Notes under the pieces: model-generated
The model's input: only the letters and a program-made list of their open reading frames with translations
What the model was told of the DNA's origin: nothing
Database searches by the model: none
Translations under genes and position numbers: made by a program
Shown here: piece after piece, positions 27,859-38,593 of the stretch
Position numbering within the stretch: position 1 is the first letter of the stretch
How the letters are laid out: the number at the start of each line of letters is the position of its first letter
Assembly: GCA_965116475.1 (NCBI GenBank)
Contig: OZ220691.1
Location: 2,368,001-2,432,000, forward strand
DNA length: 64,000 nt
Direction of reading: 5' to 3'
From: Gemmatimonadota bacterium
Lineage (GTDB): Bacteria > Gemmatimonadota > Gemmatimonadetes > Palauibacterales > Palauibacteraceae

Positions 27859-29403
27859 ATGCGCCGCGCCCTTGATCGAACGTTCGTGACGCACCTCTGC
27901 TGTGCGCTTTCGCTCTCCCTGATCGGCCTCCTGGCCTGCGCGCCGGAGGACGGCGGCGAGGCCGGAGGCGGCGAGGCCGCCGGCGACGAAGCCTCCGGCG
28001 AGACCCTCATGGACCGCGTGATCGCGCGCGGGGAATCGCTCGAGTTGCCGACCGAGTGGGATCCGCCGCCGGGCGAGCCGATCGTGCACCACACGGCGGG
28101 CTTCGCGAAGACCCTCTGCTCCGGGACGTTCATCACCGGGCTCGACTGGCGCGACGCGGCCGCCAACGTGGGCGGCTTCACGGCGCCCTTCCAGCACCGC
28201 GGCGCGGTCGTCGACACGGTCGTCGACATGGAGGCGCAGACGGTCAGCCTCACCCTCGGCTCGGGGATCACGCGCACCGCCAAGCTGTACGGCAGCCAGG
28301 GCTGCATCACGCACCCGCTGGGCCAGGACTCGATCTACTTCACGCCCTCCGTCGTCGAGCCGATGACCCCCGACCCGGCCACCACGCCGTGGCCCATGGG
28401 GGACGTGCTCCCGGACGAGCCGTACCCGCCGGAGATCGACATGGACAAGGTCGGGCAGGCGGTCGAGATCGCGATGGACCAGGAAGGCATGACGCTCGGC
28501 TTCGTCGTCACCTATCAGGGCCGGATCATCGGCGAGGACTACGGCCCCGGCGTCGACATGCACACCCCGTTCGAGAGCTGGTCGAAGGGGAAGTCGCTCA
28601 CCGGGACGCTCATGGCCGTCCTCATCCAGCAGGGCGTGTACGGCCTGTGGCAGCGCGCCCCGATCCCGGAGTGGCAGGACGATAGCCGGAAGAACATCCG
28701 CATCGCGGACATCATGCGCATGTCGAGCGGGATCCGGATCGTCGCGCCGCAGGACCCGGGGTATACGGAGGAGATGGGGTATCCCGATCACCTCTATCTC
28801 TACACCGGCGAGAACGCCTTCGAGTGGGCCGCGACCCGCCCGCAGCAGTGGGAGCCCAACACCGTGGGACGGTATCGGAACACCGACCCGGCGCTCACGA
28901 ACTACCTGGTCCGCCTCGGCGTCGAGGGGCGCGGCGACGACTATCACGCCTTCCCGCAGCGGCACCTGTTCGACAAGCTCGGGATCCGGAACTTCATCAT
29001 GGAGACGGACCCGAACGGGAACTTCCTCACCCAGGGCTACGAGTTCGGCTCCGCCCGCGACTGGGCGCGGCTCGGCAACCTCTACCTGCAGGACGGCGTG
29101 TGGGAGGGCGAGCGCATCCTCCCCGAGGGCTACGTCGACTACGCGATGGAAGTCGCCCCCGCGTGGATCGCGGACGGGCGCCCGACGTACGGCGGCGGCT
29201 TCGTGTGGAAGGACCTCGGCTTCCCGATCGAGGACGACTACGGCGCCTTCGCGGGCGCGGGCGGCCAGTACACGGTGTTCATCCCCGCGCGCGGCCTCGT
29301 CATCACCCGCCTCGGCAAGTACACGGGCGCCGGCCCCGGCGGAGAGAACCTGCGAGCCGCGATCGCGCTCCTGATGGAGGCCGTGCCGCCGATCGGCGAC
29401 TAA
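27859..29403 (+). CDS. Serine hydrolase, beta-lactamase class C-like lipoprotein
   Basis: GGAGG SD; LLAC lipobox; SWSKGKS SxxK, YRN, ARDWARLG.LYLQDG.W.G. Confidence 0.85.
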   Translation: MRRALDRTFVTHLCCALSLSLIGLLACAPEDGGEAGGGEAAGDEASGETLMDRVIARGESLELPTEWDPPPGEPIVHHTAGFAKTLCSGTFITGLDWRDAAANVGGFTAPFQHRGAVVDTVVDMEAQTVSLTLGSGITRTAKLYGSQGCITHPLGQDSIYFTPSVVEPMTPDPATTPWPMGDVLPDEPYPPEIDMDKVGQAVEIAMDQEGMTLGFVVTYQGRIIGEDYGPGVDMHTPFESWSKGKSLTGTLMAVLIQQGVYGLWQRAPIPEWQDDSRKNIRIADIMRMSSGIRIVAPQDPGYTEEMGYPDHLYLYTGENAFEWAATRPQQWEPNTVGRYRNTDPALTNYLVRLGVEGRGDDYHAFPQRHLFDKLGIRNFIMETDPNGNFLTQGYEFGSARDWARLGNLYLQDGVWEGERILPEGYVDYAMEVAPAWIADGRPTYGGGFVWKDLGFPIEDDYGAFAGAGGQYTVFIPARGLVITRLGKYTGAGPGGENLRAAIALLMEAVPPIGD

Positions 29404-30290
29404 ACGGACGGTTGCCGGCGCGCCGTAGAGAGGCGCTCCGCGCGAGGGGGAAGGTCCGGGGCGTCGAGGATCGTGGCGACGAGGTCGAAGTCGTCTCGCG
29501 GTCCGGACCACTCGAGTTCGTCGACGGTTCCTGACACCGGAGCTTCTCGGACGAGCGTGGCGAGGCGGCGGAAGAGGAGCGCGTCGTCCAGCCCGTTGCG
29601 CAGCGTTTGGGCGAGGCGTTCGGGGCCACGCACGGAAACATCCCAGTCTCTTCCGTCCGGGGGTATCTCCTCGATACGGCCGTAGCGCGCGAGCACAGCG
29701 GCCGCCGTCTTGGCGCCGAAGCCGCGGATGCCGGCGAAGCCGTCCGCCGAGTCGCCCACCAGGGCCAGCCAGTCCGGGATCGCGGCGGGCGGCACGCCGA
29801 ACTTCTCGACCACGCCGGCCTCGTCGCGCAGCAGCCGCTGCCGGCGGTCGAACTGCACGACGCGTTCGCCTTCCACGCACTGGGCGAGATCCTTGTCCGG
29901 CGTGCACAGGAAGACGCGCTCCACGCGGGGGTCCGCGGCGGCCATCGCGGCGCCGGCGGCCATCGCATCGTCCGCCTCGTGCTCCACCATCGGCCACACG
30001 ACGAATCCCGCCGAGGCGAGCGCCTCCTCGACGAGCGGGAACTGGGAATGGAGCGCCGGATCGATGCCCGAGCCGTCCTTGTAGCCGGGCCACAGCTCGT
30101 TTCGGAAGGACTCGATCACGCGATCGGTGGCAATCGCGACGTGCGTGGCGCCGCCCTCGAGGAGGCCGAACATCGAACCCACGACGCCGCGCGCCGCCCC
30201 GACCTCGTGGCCCCCTGCGTTCTTCGCCGAGGGCGCGCCATAGAAGTGCCGGAACAACTCGTAGGTGCCGTCGATGAGGTGAACCTGCAC
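29400..30290 (-). CDS. Stand-alone 5'-3' exonuclease / flap endonuclease (PolA N-terminal-like)
   Basis: HLIDGT.ELFR, SFRNE..YK, EADD, DKDL.Q, LVGDSADG..GI.G.G.KTA. Confidence 0.9.
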   Translation of the reverse strand: MQVHLIDGTYELFRHFYGAPSAKNAGGHEVGAARGVVGSMFGLLEGGATHVAIATDRVIESFRNELWPGYKDGSGIDPALHSQFPLVEEALASAGFVVWPMVEHEADDAMAAGAAMAAADPRVERVFLCTPDKDLAQCVEGERVVQFDRRQRLLRDEAGVVEKFGVPPAAIPDWLALVGDSADGFAGIRGFGAKTAAAVLARYGRIEEIPPDGRDWDVSVRGPERLAQTLRNGLDDALLFRRLATLVREAPVSGTVDELEWSGPRDDFDLVATILDAPDLPPRAERLSTARRQPSV

Positions 30291-30468
30291 GCGCACTCCG
30301 CCTTCCGCTTGACGCCCTGCCCGCGACCCTGCCCCCGTCCCGCTCGCGCCCCCGAAGCGTCGTGCGTCGGAGCGCAGTGTGCAACGGCCCGCTCCCGTGT
30401 ACCTTTGGTGGCCTTCCGCCGGCTCCGCGGCCGGCTGTGGGTCCCGGTCCCGCTGTGAGGCGTTCGAC

Positions 30469-31638
30469 GTGAGCCAGCTCCAACCAGTTTCGACCCCCGA
30501 GGGCGACGCCGTCGCGCCGCCGGTCCCGCGCGAGGTGATCGCGACGGCCGACCGGGTCGTCCTCAAGGTGGGAACGGGCGTCGTCACGCACGACGATGGG
30601 AGGATCGCCCTCTCCCGCCTCTTCCGCGTCGTCGAGAGCGCGAGCCGCCTGCGGCGGGAGGGTCGGGAGGTCCTCATCGTGACTTCGGGAGCGGTGGGCC
30701 TGGGACGCGTCGCCCTCCAGCTCGCCGAGCCGCCCGCCACGGCCGCGCTGAAGCAGACGTGCGCCGCCATCGGACAGAGCCGGCTCATGGAACTCTACCA
30801 GCAGGGGTTCGCCCGGCTCGGCGTCACCTGCGCGCAGATCCTCATCACGTGGACGGACTTCGACGACCGGGTGCGTTACCTGAACCTGCACGAGACGCTC
30901 CAGAGTCTCTTCCGGCTCGGCGTCGTCCCCGTCGTGAACGAGAACGACGCCATCTCGCTGAACGACCGCGTGTATCGGGGGACGGGAAAGCGGCCGATCT
31001 TCGACGACAACGATCGGCTGGGGGCGCTGGTCGCGAGCGAACTGGCGGCGGATCTGATCGTGCTCCTCACGGACGTGCCGGGGGTCATGACGGCCGATCC
31101 CAGGCGCGACCCGGAGGCGCGGCTGGTCGGTCGGATCGACCGGCCCGATGAGCACGGGCTCGACGTGGACGGGCGCTCCGGGCTCGGGCGGGGCGGGATG
31201 GCGAGCAAGCTGGAGGCAGCGCGGGTCGCGTCGCGCGGGGGCTGTCACACCGTCATCGCGTCGGGCGTCGATCCGGGCGCGCTCGACCGCGTGCTGGCCG
31301 GCGAGGAAGAGGGAACCTGGGTCCCGCCGCGCGCCGCGCTCTCCTCGCGCAGCCGCTGGATCGCCTACTGTTCGCACCCGCGCGGCACGCTGGTCCTGGC
31401 CGAGGGCGGGGCCGAACGTCTCCGGGGCGGCGAGCCGCTGAGAGCCGCGGACGTCGCGCGGGCCGAAGGCGAGTTCCGGCGCGGCGACGTGGTCGAGGTT
31501 CAGGCGCTCGATGGAGCCCTGGTCGGACGGGGCGTCGTCGCGCTCGACTCGCGGCTCGTCCTCCAGGCCGTCTCACACAAGGCGGGAGCCGGCGTCGAGA
31601 TCGTGGGGCGCGAGCATCTCATCCTCAAGGAGTCCTAG
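30469..31638 (+). CDS. proB: Glutamate 5-kinase with PUA domain
   Basis: VLKVGT, TSGAV, AAIGQ, NENDA, DNDRL, GRGGMASK; C-terminal PUA. Confidence 0.92.
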   Translation: MSQLQPVSTPEGDAVAPPVPREVIATADRVVLKVGTGVVTHDDGRIALSRLFRVVESASRLRREGREVLIVTSGAVGLGRVALQLAEPPATAALKQTCAAIGQSRLMELYQQGFARLGVTCAQILITWTDFDDRVRYLNLHETLQSLFRLGVVPVVNENDAISLNDRVYRGTGKRPIFDDNDRLGALVASELAADLIVLLTDVPGVMTADPRRDPEARLVGRIDRPDEHGLDVDGRSGLGRGGMASKLEAARVASRGGCHTVIASGVDPGALDRVLAGEEEGTWVPPRAALSSRSRWIAYCSHPRGTLVLAEGGAERLRGGEPLRAADVARAEGEFRRGDVVEVQALDGALVGRGVVALDSRLVLQAVSHKAGAGVEIVGREHLILKES

Positions 31639-31647
31639 GGAGTCCTG

Positions 31648-32970
31648 ATGGAAGCAACGACACTGAAGCGGGAACCGACGGAGACGCTGAGGGAGCGGGC
31701 GGCCGGAGTACGGGCGGCGCAACGCACCATCGGGAGCGCCGAGGCGGAGCGCCGGACGGCGGCGCTGCGCGCACTCAAAGACGTACTGGTCCGGTCGCGG
31801 GTCGAGATCTCGCGGGCGAACGACGAGGACCTGGCGCGCGCGGCGGAGGAAGGGCTGTCCGGGTCCCTACTCCACCGGCTGGGCCTCCCGGATGCCAAGT
31901 TCGAGAGCCTGCTCGAGGGGATCGACGCGCTGGTCGACGGCGAGGACCCGATCGACCGCGTCCTCACGCGCATGGAACTCGATGAGGGTCTCGTGCTCGA
32001 GCGCGTCCGCAGCCCGCTCGGCGTCCTGCTCATCATCTTCGAGAGCCGGCCCGACGCGGTGATCCAGATCGGGTCGCTCGCCATCCGCTCCGGGAACGGG
32101 GTCATCATGAAGGGCGGCCGCGAGGCGGCCCGCTCCAACGAGGTGCTCGTCGGCTGCCTGCGGCGGGCGCTGGACGAGGCGGGCCTCGATCGCCGGGCCG
32201 TCCTCGGCGTCCCGGACCGGCGCGATGTCGACGAACTGCTCGCCCTCGACGACCTCATCGACCTCGTGATTCCGCGGGGGTCCGGGGCGCTCGTGCGCTC
32301 GATCCAGGAGCGGAGCCGGATTCCGGTGCTGGGGCACGCGGAGGGCGTGTGCCACCTCTACGTGGATGCCTCGGCCGACGGGGAGATGGCGCTGCGGCTC
32401 GCCGTGGACGGGAAATGCGACTACCCGGCCGCCTGCAACGCGACGGAGACGCTGCTCGTGCACGAAGCCTTCCTGCCGCGGCTGGCGCCGATCGGCGAGG
32501 CGCTCCGCGAGCGCGGGGTCGAACTCCGCTGCGACGAGCCCTCGCGCCGGATCCTGCCGTGGGCCGAGGCCGCATCCGAGGAGGATTGGGGACTCGAGTT
32601 CGGCGACCTAACGCTGGCCGTGCGCACCGTCGCGGGCGTGGAGCAGGCCATCGATTTCATTCACACCCACGGGAGCAGCCACACGGACGCGATCGTGGCC
32701 GAGGATCCGGACGTCGCCGAACGGTTCCTGAAGGCCGTCGATGCGGCGAGCGTATTCCACAACGCGAGTACCCGCTTCGCGGACGGCTTCCGCTACGGGC
32801 TTGGGGCGGAGGTGGGAATCAGCACGGCCCGCATCCACGCGCGCGGCCCGGTCGGCGTCGAGGGCCTCCTCACGACACGCTGGCTGCTGCGCGGCGAAGG
32901 GCAAGGCGCCGCGGACTACGGCCCCGGCAAGCGCAGCTTCACCCACCGCGCGCTGGATACGAACGGCTGA
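31648..32970 (+). CDS. proA: Gamma-glutamyl phosphate reductase
   Basis: IFESRPD, KGGREA, CNATETLLVH, NASTRFADGFRYG.GAEVGIST..HARGPVG. Confidence 0.95.
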   Translation: MEATTLKREPTETLRERAAGVRAAQRTIGSAEAERRTAALRALKDVLVRSRVEISRANDEDLARAAEEGLSGSLLHRLGLPDAKFESLLEGIDALVDGEDPIDRVLTRMELDEGLVLERVRSPLGVLLIIFESRPDAVIQIGSLAIRSGNGVIMKGGREAARSNEVLVGCLRRALDEAGLDRRAVLGVPDRRDVDELLALDDLIDLVIPRGSGALVRSIQERSRIPVLGHAEGVCHLYVDASADGEMALRLAVDGKCDYPAACNATETLLVHEAFLPRLAPIGEALRERGVELRCDEPSRRILPWAEAASEEDWGLEFGDLTLAVRTVAGVEQAIDFIHTHGSSHTDAIVAEDPDVAERFLKAVDAASVFHNASTRFADGFRYGLGAEVGISTARIHARGPVGVEGLLTTRWLLRGEGQGAADYGPGKRSFTHRALDTNG

Positions 32971-33011
32971 CCGCGTAGGCGGCCGCCGGCCGCGTAGGCG
33001 GTGGTCGGCCG

Positions 33012-33803
33012 CTACTGAATGCGGCGGACGCGGATGTTGCGGTACCAGACGGGGTCGCCGTGGTCCTGGATGCCGAGGTGGCCCTCGTGGTGCCGGCCGT
33101 AGTCGGGCCACTCCACGAACTTGCTTCCCGCCACCAGCGCTTCCCACTCGTCCGAACCGATTTCGTACTCGACGATCCGGACGCCGTTCAGCCAGTGGGC
33201 GACCTGGTTGCCGTGGCGGACGATCCGGACTTCGTTCCACTCGCCGGCCGGGCGTGACACATCCTCCGGAGGCGCGTGCAGGCCGTAGTTCGATCCCGCC
33301 GACGTGAGCGGATTGCCGCCGTCGTAGTGCCCCGCGTTGTCCAGGACCTGCATCTCGGGGCCCGACTCGAACGCGCGCTCGGTGTTCTCGGAGATGCCGA
33401 AAAAGACCCCGCTGTTGCCGCCTTCGCCGACCTTCCACTCGAGGCGCAGGTCGAAATCCGCGTAGGTCTCCCGCGTGATGAGCGTCCCGCCCCCGACGCC
33501 CGGCGTGAAAGCGAGCGCCCCTTCCATCGCGCTCCAGCCCGCGGGGACATCATCCATCCGGAACCCCCGCCACGCCTCGAGCGATTCCCCGTCGAAGAGG
33601 AGTTCGAAGCCTTCCGCGGCCTCCTCGGCGGAGAGCCGGTTGGCCGCCATCTGCGCTTCGGCGTCCGCGTCGCCCTGCGCCGCGTCTTCCAACTGCGACC
33701 CCGCCTCCGCCTGCCCACACCCTAATGCGGCGACGGCGCCGAACAGGGGGAGGACCCACGTCGCCGGGGACCCCGGCTTGAACGAATCGATACGTCGCGT
33801 CAC
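33012..33803 (-). CDS. DUF1080 (3-keto-glycoside hydratase/hydrolase family) lipoprotein
   Basis: LGC lipobox; LFDG.SL..W, GGNSGVF, GPEMQVLD, GEWN, IQDHG..VWYRNI; start uncertain. Confidence 0.85.
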   Translation of the reverse strand: MTRRIDSFKPGSPATWVLPLFGAVAALGCGQAEAGSQLEDAAQGDADAEAQMAANRLSAEEAAEGFELLFDGESLEAWRGFRMDDVPAGWSAMEGALAFTPGVGGGTLITRETYADFDLRLEWKVGEGGNSGVFFGISENTERAFESGPEMQVLDNAGHYDGGNPLTSAGSNYGLHAPPEDVSRPAGEWNEVRIVRHGNQVAHWLNGVRIVEYEIGSDEWEALVAGSKFVEWPDYGRHHEGHLGIQDHGDPVWYRNIRVRRIQ

Positions 33804-33909
33804 GGCTGAACTCCGGTTTCCGAACCGAATCGAGTGGCTCGCCTCACGGTAGACCCCGCGCCCGACCGCCACAACCACGCAACGGCCGTAGAGGTTGCCG
33901 CTCCAGTCA

Positions 33910-35154
33910 CTAGCGGCGGCCGCCGGCGATGCGGGTGGATTCGGGGCGGCGGCGCAACGCCAGCATGCTCCATGTGCCGAGGGCGGGGCCGATGGCGAGA
34001 GGGGCGAAGGCCCACTCCCAGCCCAGCGTCGCCTCCCACACCGGGACGAGGCGGATGGTGGCGATCGTGAGCAGGAAGCCGATCGCCGTCTGCAGCGTGA
34101 GCGCCGTGCCGACGTACTCCGGTTCGGCGAGTTCGCTCACGCAGGCGGAGAACTGCGCGGAGTCGGCGACGATCGTGAACCCCCACACGAAACAGACCGC
34201 CGCGACGGGCCAGACGGGGCCGCCGAACAGGGGCCCGATGGCCAGGCAGCAGGCGCCGCTCACCACCATGCTCCAGCTTGTCACGGCCGTGCGCCCGATG
34301 CGATCCGCGAGCACGCCGGCCGCGGCGGCGCCAAGCCCCCCGGCCGCGATCGTCCCGAACGCCAGGTACGAGGCGAGGGCGGGGGTCGAGCCCGCGCTCG
34401 AGTCCGCCGCGAAGCTCGCCGCCAGGAAGGCGGGGATCCACGTCCACATGGCGAACAGTTCCCACATGTGCCCGAAGTAGCCGCCGTTGGCGAGCATCGT
34501 CGCCCGATCGGCGAACATGCGCCGCACGGCGCGGGGGTCGAAGGGGGCGGCCGGCGCCTGGTGGGGTCCCGCGCGGAGCCCGGTCGCGGCGAGCACGGCC
34601 GCCACGACCGCGAAGCCCGAGGCGAGCAGGAGCACCGGCCGCCAGGCGCCGATCCCCCCGAGCGGCCGCAGCAGGTGCGGCAGCGCGCTCCCGATCGCGA
34701 GGGCGCCGATGAGGATCCCGATCGCCATCCCCCGCCCCGCGCGGAACCAGCCCGCGACCATCTTCATCCCCGGAGGGTAGACGCCCGCCAGCGCGACCCC
34801 CGTCACGAATCGGAGGACGACGGTGAGGGCGAGTCCGTCGGCGAAGAGGGCGATCGCGGCCGTGGCGGCCGCTCCGAGCAGGGCGGACCCGGCGATGAGC
34901 CGGCGCGGGTCCCACACGTCCGAGAGCGTGAGCAGCGCCGAGAGGACGGCCCCCGTGGCGAAGCCGAGTTGCACGGAGGTGGTGAGCCAGGCCGCCCCGG
35001 AGTCGTCCAGCCCCCAAGCCTCGCGCAGCTCCGGCACGACCGCGCTGGCCGAGAACCAGAGGCTCATCGCGAGCAGATCGACCAGCGCGAGCAGGGCGAG
35101 CTGTCCCGCTCCCCGCGCACCGGTGGCACCGGTGTCGGGAGGGCGCGGGGTCAT
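33910..35154 (-). CDS. MFS transporter
   Basis: About 12 TM; SLWFSASAV, GVYPPGMK, GHMWELFAMW, ADRIGR, DSAQFS. Confidence 0.9.
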   Translation of the reverse strand: MTPRPPDTGATGARGAGQLALLALVDLLAMSLWFSASAVVPELREAWGLDDSGAAWLTTSVQLGFATGAVLSALLTLSDVWDPRRLIAGSALLGAAATAAIALFADGLALTVVLRFVTGVALAGVYPPGMKMVAGWFRAGRGMAIGILIGALAIGSALPHLLRPLGGIGAWRPVLLLASGFAVVAAVLAATGLRAGPHQAPAAPFDPRAVRRMFADRATMLANGGYFGHMWELFAMWTWIPAFLAASFAADSSAGSTPALASYLAFGTIAAGGLGAAAAGVLADRIGRTAVTSWSMVVSGACCLAIGPLFGGPVWPVAAVCFVWGFTIVADSAQFSACVSELAEPEYVGTALTLQTAIGFLLTIATIRLVPVWEATLGWEWAFAPLAIGPALGTWSMLALRRRPESTRIAGGRR

Positions 35155-35161
35155 GGGTCGG

Positions 35162-37147
35162 CTACCCCTCGCTGTCGGCGAACTGTTGCTGCAGGCTTCG
35201 CACCACGGCGGGATCGGCGAGCGTCGTCGTGTCGCCCAGCGCCCGTCCCTCCGCCACATCGCGCAGCAGCCGCCGCATGATCTTCCCGCTTCGCGTCTTC
35301 GGCAGTTCGGCGGCGAAGATGAGATCCGCCGGCCGCGCGATCGCGCCGATCTGCGCCGCCACGTGCCCCCGCAGTTCCTGGCGCAGCGCCTCGGACGTCT
35401 CGGTCCCCTCCACGACGCTCACGAACGCGGCCACCGCCTGTCCCTTGATCTCGTCCGACCGCCCCACGACCGCGGCCTCCGCCACCGCCTCGTGGTCGAC
35501 CAGCGCGGACTCCACCTCCATGGTCCCGATCCGGTGGCCGGCCACGTTCAGCACGTCGTCCACGCGGCCCATGATCCAGTAGTAGCCGTCCTCATCCACC
35601 CGCGCCCCGTCGCCGGGGAAGTAGATGCCGGGCCACTTCGACCAGTACGTCTCGCGGTAGCGCTCCTCGTCTCCCCACACCCCCCGCAGCATCCCCGGCC
35701 AGGGCGACGTGATCGCCAGGTAGCCGGACTCCGCCGGGCTCCCCTCCTCGTCGAGGATCGCCGCCTCGATGCCGGGGAACGGGACCGTCGCCGTGCCCGG
35801 CTTCGTGACGATCGCCCCCGGGAGCGGCGTGATCATGATCCCGCCCGTCTCCGTCTGCCACCACGTGTCGACGATCGGGCAGCGGCCGCCGCCGATGTGG
35901 CGGTCGTACCACACCCACGCCTCGGGGTTGATGGGCTCGCCCACCGTCCCCAGCAGCCGGAGCGTCGAGAGGTCGTAGCCCGCGGGCCAGTCATCCCCCC
36001 AGCGCATGAAGGCGCGGATCGCCGTCGGCGCCGTGTAGAACACCGTCACCGCGTAGCGCTCGCACAGCTCCCAGAAGCGGCCCCGGTCCGGCCAGTCGGG
36101 CGACCCCTCGTACATCACCACCGTCGCCCCGTTCGAGAGCGGGCCGTACACGATGTAGGAGTGGCCCGTCACCCAGCCCACGTCCGCCGTGCACCAGTAG
36201 ATGTCGTCCTCCCGGAGGTCGAACACCCACTTCGCGGTCGCGGTCACGTGCGTCATGTAGCCGCCGGTCGTGTGCATCACGCCCTTCGGCTTCCCCGTCG
36301 TCCCGGAGGTGTAGAGGATGTAGAGCAGGTCCTCCGAATCCATCGGCTCGGCGGGGCAGTCGGCGTCCGCCGCGGCGACCAGGTCGTGGTACCAGTGGTC
36401 CCGGCCCTCGGTCATCCCGCACGACGGCGTCTCCACCCGAGCTCCGTGCGGCGCCGCCCCGGGGTCGGTCACGGCGGAGCGCTGGACGACGACGACGCTC
36501 GTCACGTAGTCGAGACCCTCGATGGCCGCGTCCGTGCTCGCCTTGAGCGGGATGATCCCGCCGCGGCGATATCCCCCGTCCGCGGTGATCACGCACGTGG
36601 CGTGGGCGTCTTCGATCCGGTCGCGCAGGGACTGGGGCGAGAAGCCTCCGAAGACGACGGAGTGCGGGGCGCCGATGCGCGCGCAGGCGAGCATGGCGAT
36701 GGCCGCCTCCGGAACCATCGGGAGATAGATCGCGACCCGGTCCCCCTTCCCGACGCCGAGGCCCCGGAGCGCGTTCGCGAACCGGCACACCTCCTCGTGC
36801 AACTCGCGGTAGGTGTAGCGGCGCACGTCTCCCGGCTCGCCCTCCCAGACGAGGGCCGTCTTCGAGCCGCGCGCCTCCAGGTGGCGGTCGAGGCAGTTGT
36901 ACGCGGCGTTGAGCGTGCCGCCCACGAACCACTTCGAGAAGGGAGGATCCCACTCCAGCACCGTGTCCCACGGCGTGAACCAGTCGAGCCGGCGCGCCCA
37001 CGCCTCCCAGTACGCCTCGCGGTCCCGGCCGGCCTCGTCGTACGGGCCGCGGTCGCCCACGTGGGCGGCCGCGACGAAGTCCGCCGACGGTTCGAAGGTC
37101 CGCTGTTCGTCCAGCAGGACATCGATTTCCCGGTGCTGTTCTGTCAT
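35162..37147 (-). CDS. acs: Acetyl-CoA synthetase
   Basis: [38 protein letters not shown]. Confidence 0.97.
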   Translation of the reverse strand: MTEQHREIDVLLDEQRTFEPSADFVAAAHVGDRGPYDEAGRDREAYWEAWARRLDWFTPWDTVLEWDPPFSKWFVGGTLNAAYNCLDRHLEARGSKTALVWEGEPGDVRRYTYRELHEEVCRFANALRGLGVGKGDRVAIYLPMVPEAAIAMLACARIGAPHSVVFGGFSPQSLRDRIEDAHATCVITADGGYRRGGIIPLKASTDAAIEGLDYVTSVVVVQRSAVTDPGAAPHGARVETPSCGMTEGRDHWYHDLVAAADADCPAEPMDSEDLLYILYTSGTTGKPKGVMHTTGGYMTHVTATAKWVFDLREDDIYWCTADVGWVTGHSYIVYGPLSNGATVVMYEGSPDWPDRGRFWELCERYAVTVFYTAPTAIRAFMRWGDDWPAGYDLSTLRLLGTVGEPINPEAWVWYDRHIGGGRCPIVDTWWQTETGGIMITPLPGAIVTKPGTATVPFPGIEAAILDEEGSPAESGYLAITSPWPGMLRGVWGDEERYRETYWSKWPGIYFPGDGARVDEDGYYWIMGRVDDVLNVAGHRIGTMEVESALVDHEAVAEAAVVGRSDEIKGQAVAAFVSVVEGTETSEALRQELRGHVAAQIGAIARPADLIFAAELPKTRSGKIMRRLLRDVAEGRALGDTTTLADPAVVRSLQQQFADSEG

Positions 37148-37308
37148 GAAGTTGCTCGAATCGGAGGGGAGACACGGACGGACGCGCTTGTCACGGAGCC
37201 GCCGGCGACGCCATCTAGTGTCGACACTGGCGGGCCGGCCGGGGCCGCATGGCGTGACAGTAGACGACGCCTGGCGGCGCAGGCAAGCACCCGCAGCCGC
37301 GGCGCGAC

Positions 37309-37344
37309 GAAGCACGCAGTGAAGCACAGAGTGAAGCACGGAGT
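37309..37344 (+). repeat. Three 12-bp direct repeats GAAGCACnnAGT in a divergent intergenic region
   Basis: gaagcacgcagt gaagcacagagt gaagcacggagt. Confidence 0.85.
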
Positions 37345-37347
37345 TCC

Positions 37348-37656
37348 ATGACCGAAGACACGCTGGCCCTGATCCTGATCATCGCCGGATCCCTGGGCGC
37401 GCTCCTCGCCCTCGCCTTCGGCATCTGGGTGGGACTCGGCTCTCCGGGGCTCTACGACAAGCACGCGCCGACGGGAAGGGCGCCGCGCGAGTCGCCCTGG
37501 CGCTGGTTGCTGGGGGGCCGGCAGCGCGCCCGTTCGAGCCGCTTCGACGCGGTGATGCGGGACGCGGAAGCCGAAGAGGAGGAAGACGCGGGGGAGGAGC
37601 CCGAGCGGTACGCGTCGAAACCGGACTTCAGCCGGGGGCGTCGCTTTCAGCGATGA
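37348..37656 (+). CDS. Small single-pass membrane hypothetical protein
   Basis: GGAG SD; N-terminal hydrophobic helix; acidic then basic tail. Confidence 0.65.
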   Translation: MTEDTLALILIIAGSLGALLALAFGIWVGLGSPGLYDKHAPTGRAPRESPWRWLLGGRQRARSSRFDAVMRDAEAEEEEDAGEEPERYASKPDFSRGRRFQR

Positions 37657-37666
37657 GTCCGGGGCG

Positions 37667-38560
37667 GTGAATCTGCCGGCGGACCGCCACGGACGGGTGC
37701 GCCGCATACTCCTGTGGGTGCTGCTCGCGAACGTGGCGGTGATCGCGGCGAAGTTGACCGTCGGTCTGCGCTCGGGGTCGATCGCCGTGCTGGGCGACGC
37801 GGCCCACTCGGGCGTCGATGCGATCAACAACGTCGTGGGCCTCGCCGCGATGCGCCTCGCGGCCGCCCCGCCGGACGCCGAACATCCCTACGGACACGGC
37901 AAGTTCGAGACGCTCGCGGCGCTCGCCGTGGCGGCCTTCCTCTCGGTCACGTGCTTCGAACTCGTCCAGGGCGCCCTGGAGCGCCTCATCCGCGGCGGCG
38001 CTGCCCCGGATCTCGAACCGGCGATGATGATCGTGCTCCTCGCGGCCCTGGTCGTGAACGGGGCGGTCGCGCTGGGCGAGGCGAGGGCGAGCCGTACGTT
38101 GTCGAGCGAGATCCTCGCGGCGGACGCCCGGCACACGGCCTCCGATGTCCTGGTGACGGCGGGCGTGCTGGCCGGTCTTGCCATCACCGCCCGGACCGGC
38201 TGGGCCGCGGCCGACGCATGGCTCGCGCTCGCCGTGGCGCTCGTCGTGGCCCGATCCGGCTACAAGATCCTCCGCGAGACCATCCCCGTCCTCGTCGACG
38301 AACGGGCTGTCGATCCGCGGGAGATCGAAGGCGTGGCGGGCGGGGTGCCCGGCGTCCATGCCGTGACCCGGGTTCGTTCGCGCGGCAAGTCGGTCGGGCG
38401 CTTCGCGGAACTCACGATTCGTGTGGCACCCGGAGAAACGGTGGTCAGCGGCCACGACATCGCCGATGAAGTCGAGCGGCGAGTCGCCGCCGAGATCGGA
38501 TTCACCGACGTGACCGTGCACGTCGAACCGCATGTGAGCGAACCGCACCGGGAGAGTTGA
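37667..38560 (+). CDS. Cation diffusion facilitator (FieF-like) transporter
   Basis: DAAHS..D, HPYGHGKFE, DARH..SD, VHVEP. Confidence 0.92.
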   Translation: MNLPADRHGRVRRILLWVLLANVAVIAAKLTVGLRSGSIAVLGDAAHSGVDAINNVVGLAAMRLAAAPPDAEHPYGHGKFETLAALAVAAFLSVTCFELVQGALERLIRGGAAPDLEPAMMIVLLAALVVNGAVALGEARASRTLSSEILAADARHTASDVLVTAGVLAGLAITARTGWAAADAWLALAVALVVARSGYKILRETIPVLVDERAVDPREIEGVAGGVPGVHAVTRVRSRGKSVGRFAELTIRVAPGETVVSGHDIADEVERRVAAEIGFTDVTVHVEPHVSEPHRES

Positions 38561-38593
38561 TCCGGCGTCGCCGGCGCGGCCCGTCCCGGCGGG

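Noticed and set aside
27859..29403. Beta-lactam resistance gene
   Set aside because: A generic SxxK serine hydrolase; nothing in the sequence specifies lactamase activity
27757..31377. 1206-aa minus-strand ORF and many other long overlapping ORFs (for example 3069-5090, 12647-15274, 34823-37351, 55388-58153)
   Set aside because: Arg/Pro/Gly-rich or antisense-frame shadows of real genes, expected at this GC content
32971..33011. CCGCGTAGGCGG direct repeat between convergent proA and DUF1080 genes
   Set aside because: Only two short copies, best explained as a local duplication within a terminator-like region
37309..37344. Possible CRISPR-like array
   Set aside because: Repeats are 12 bp and contiguous, with no spacers and no cas genes
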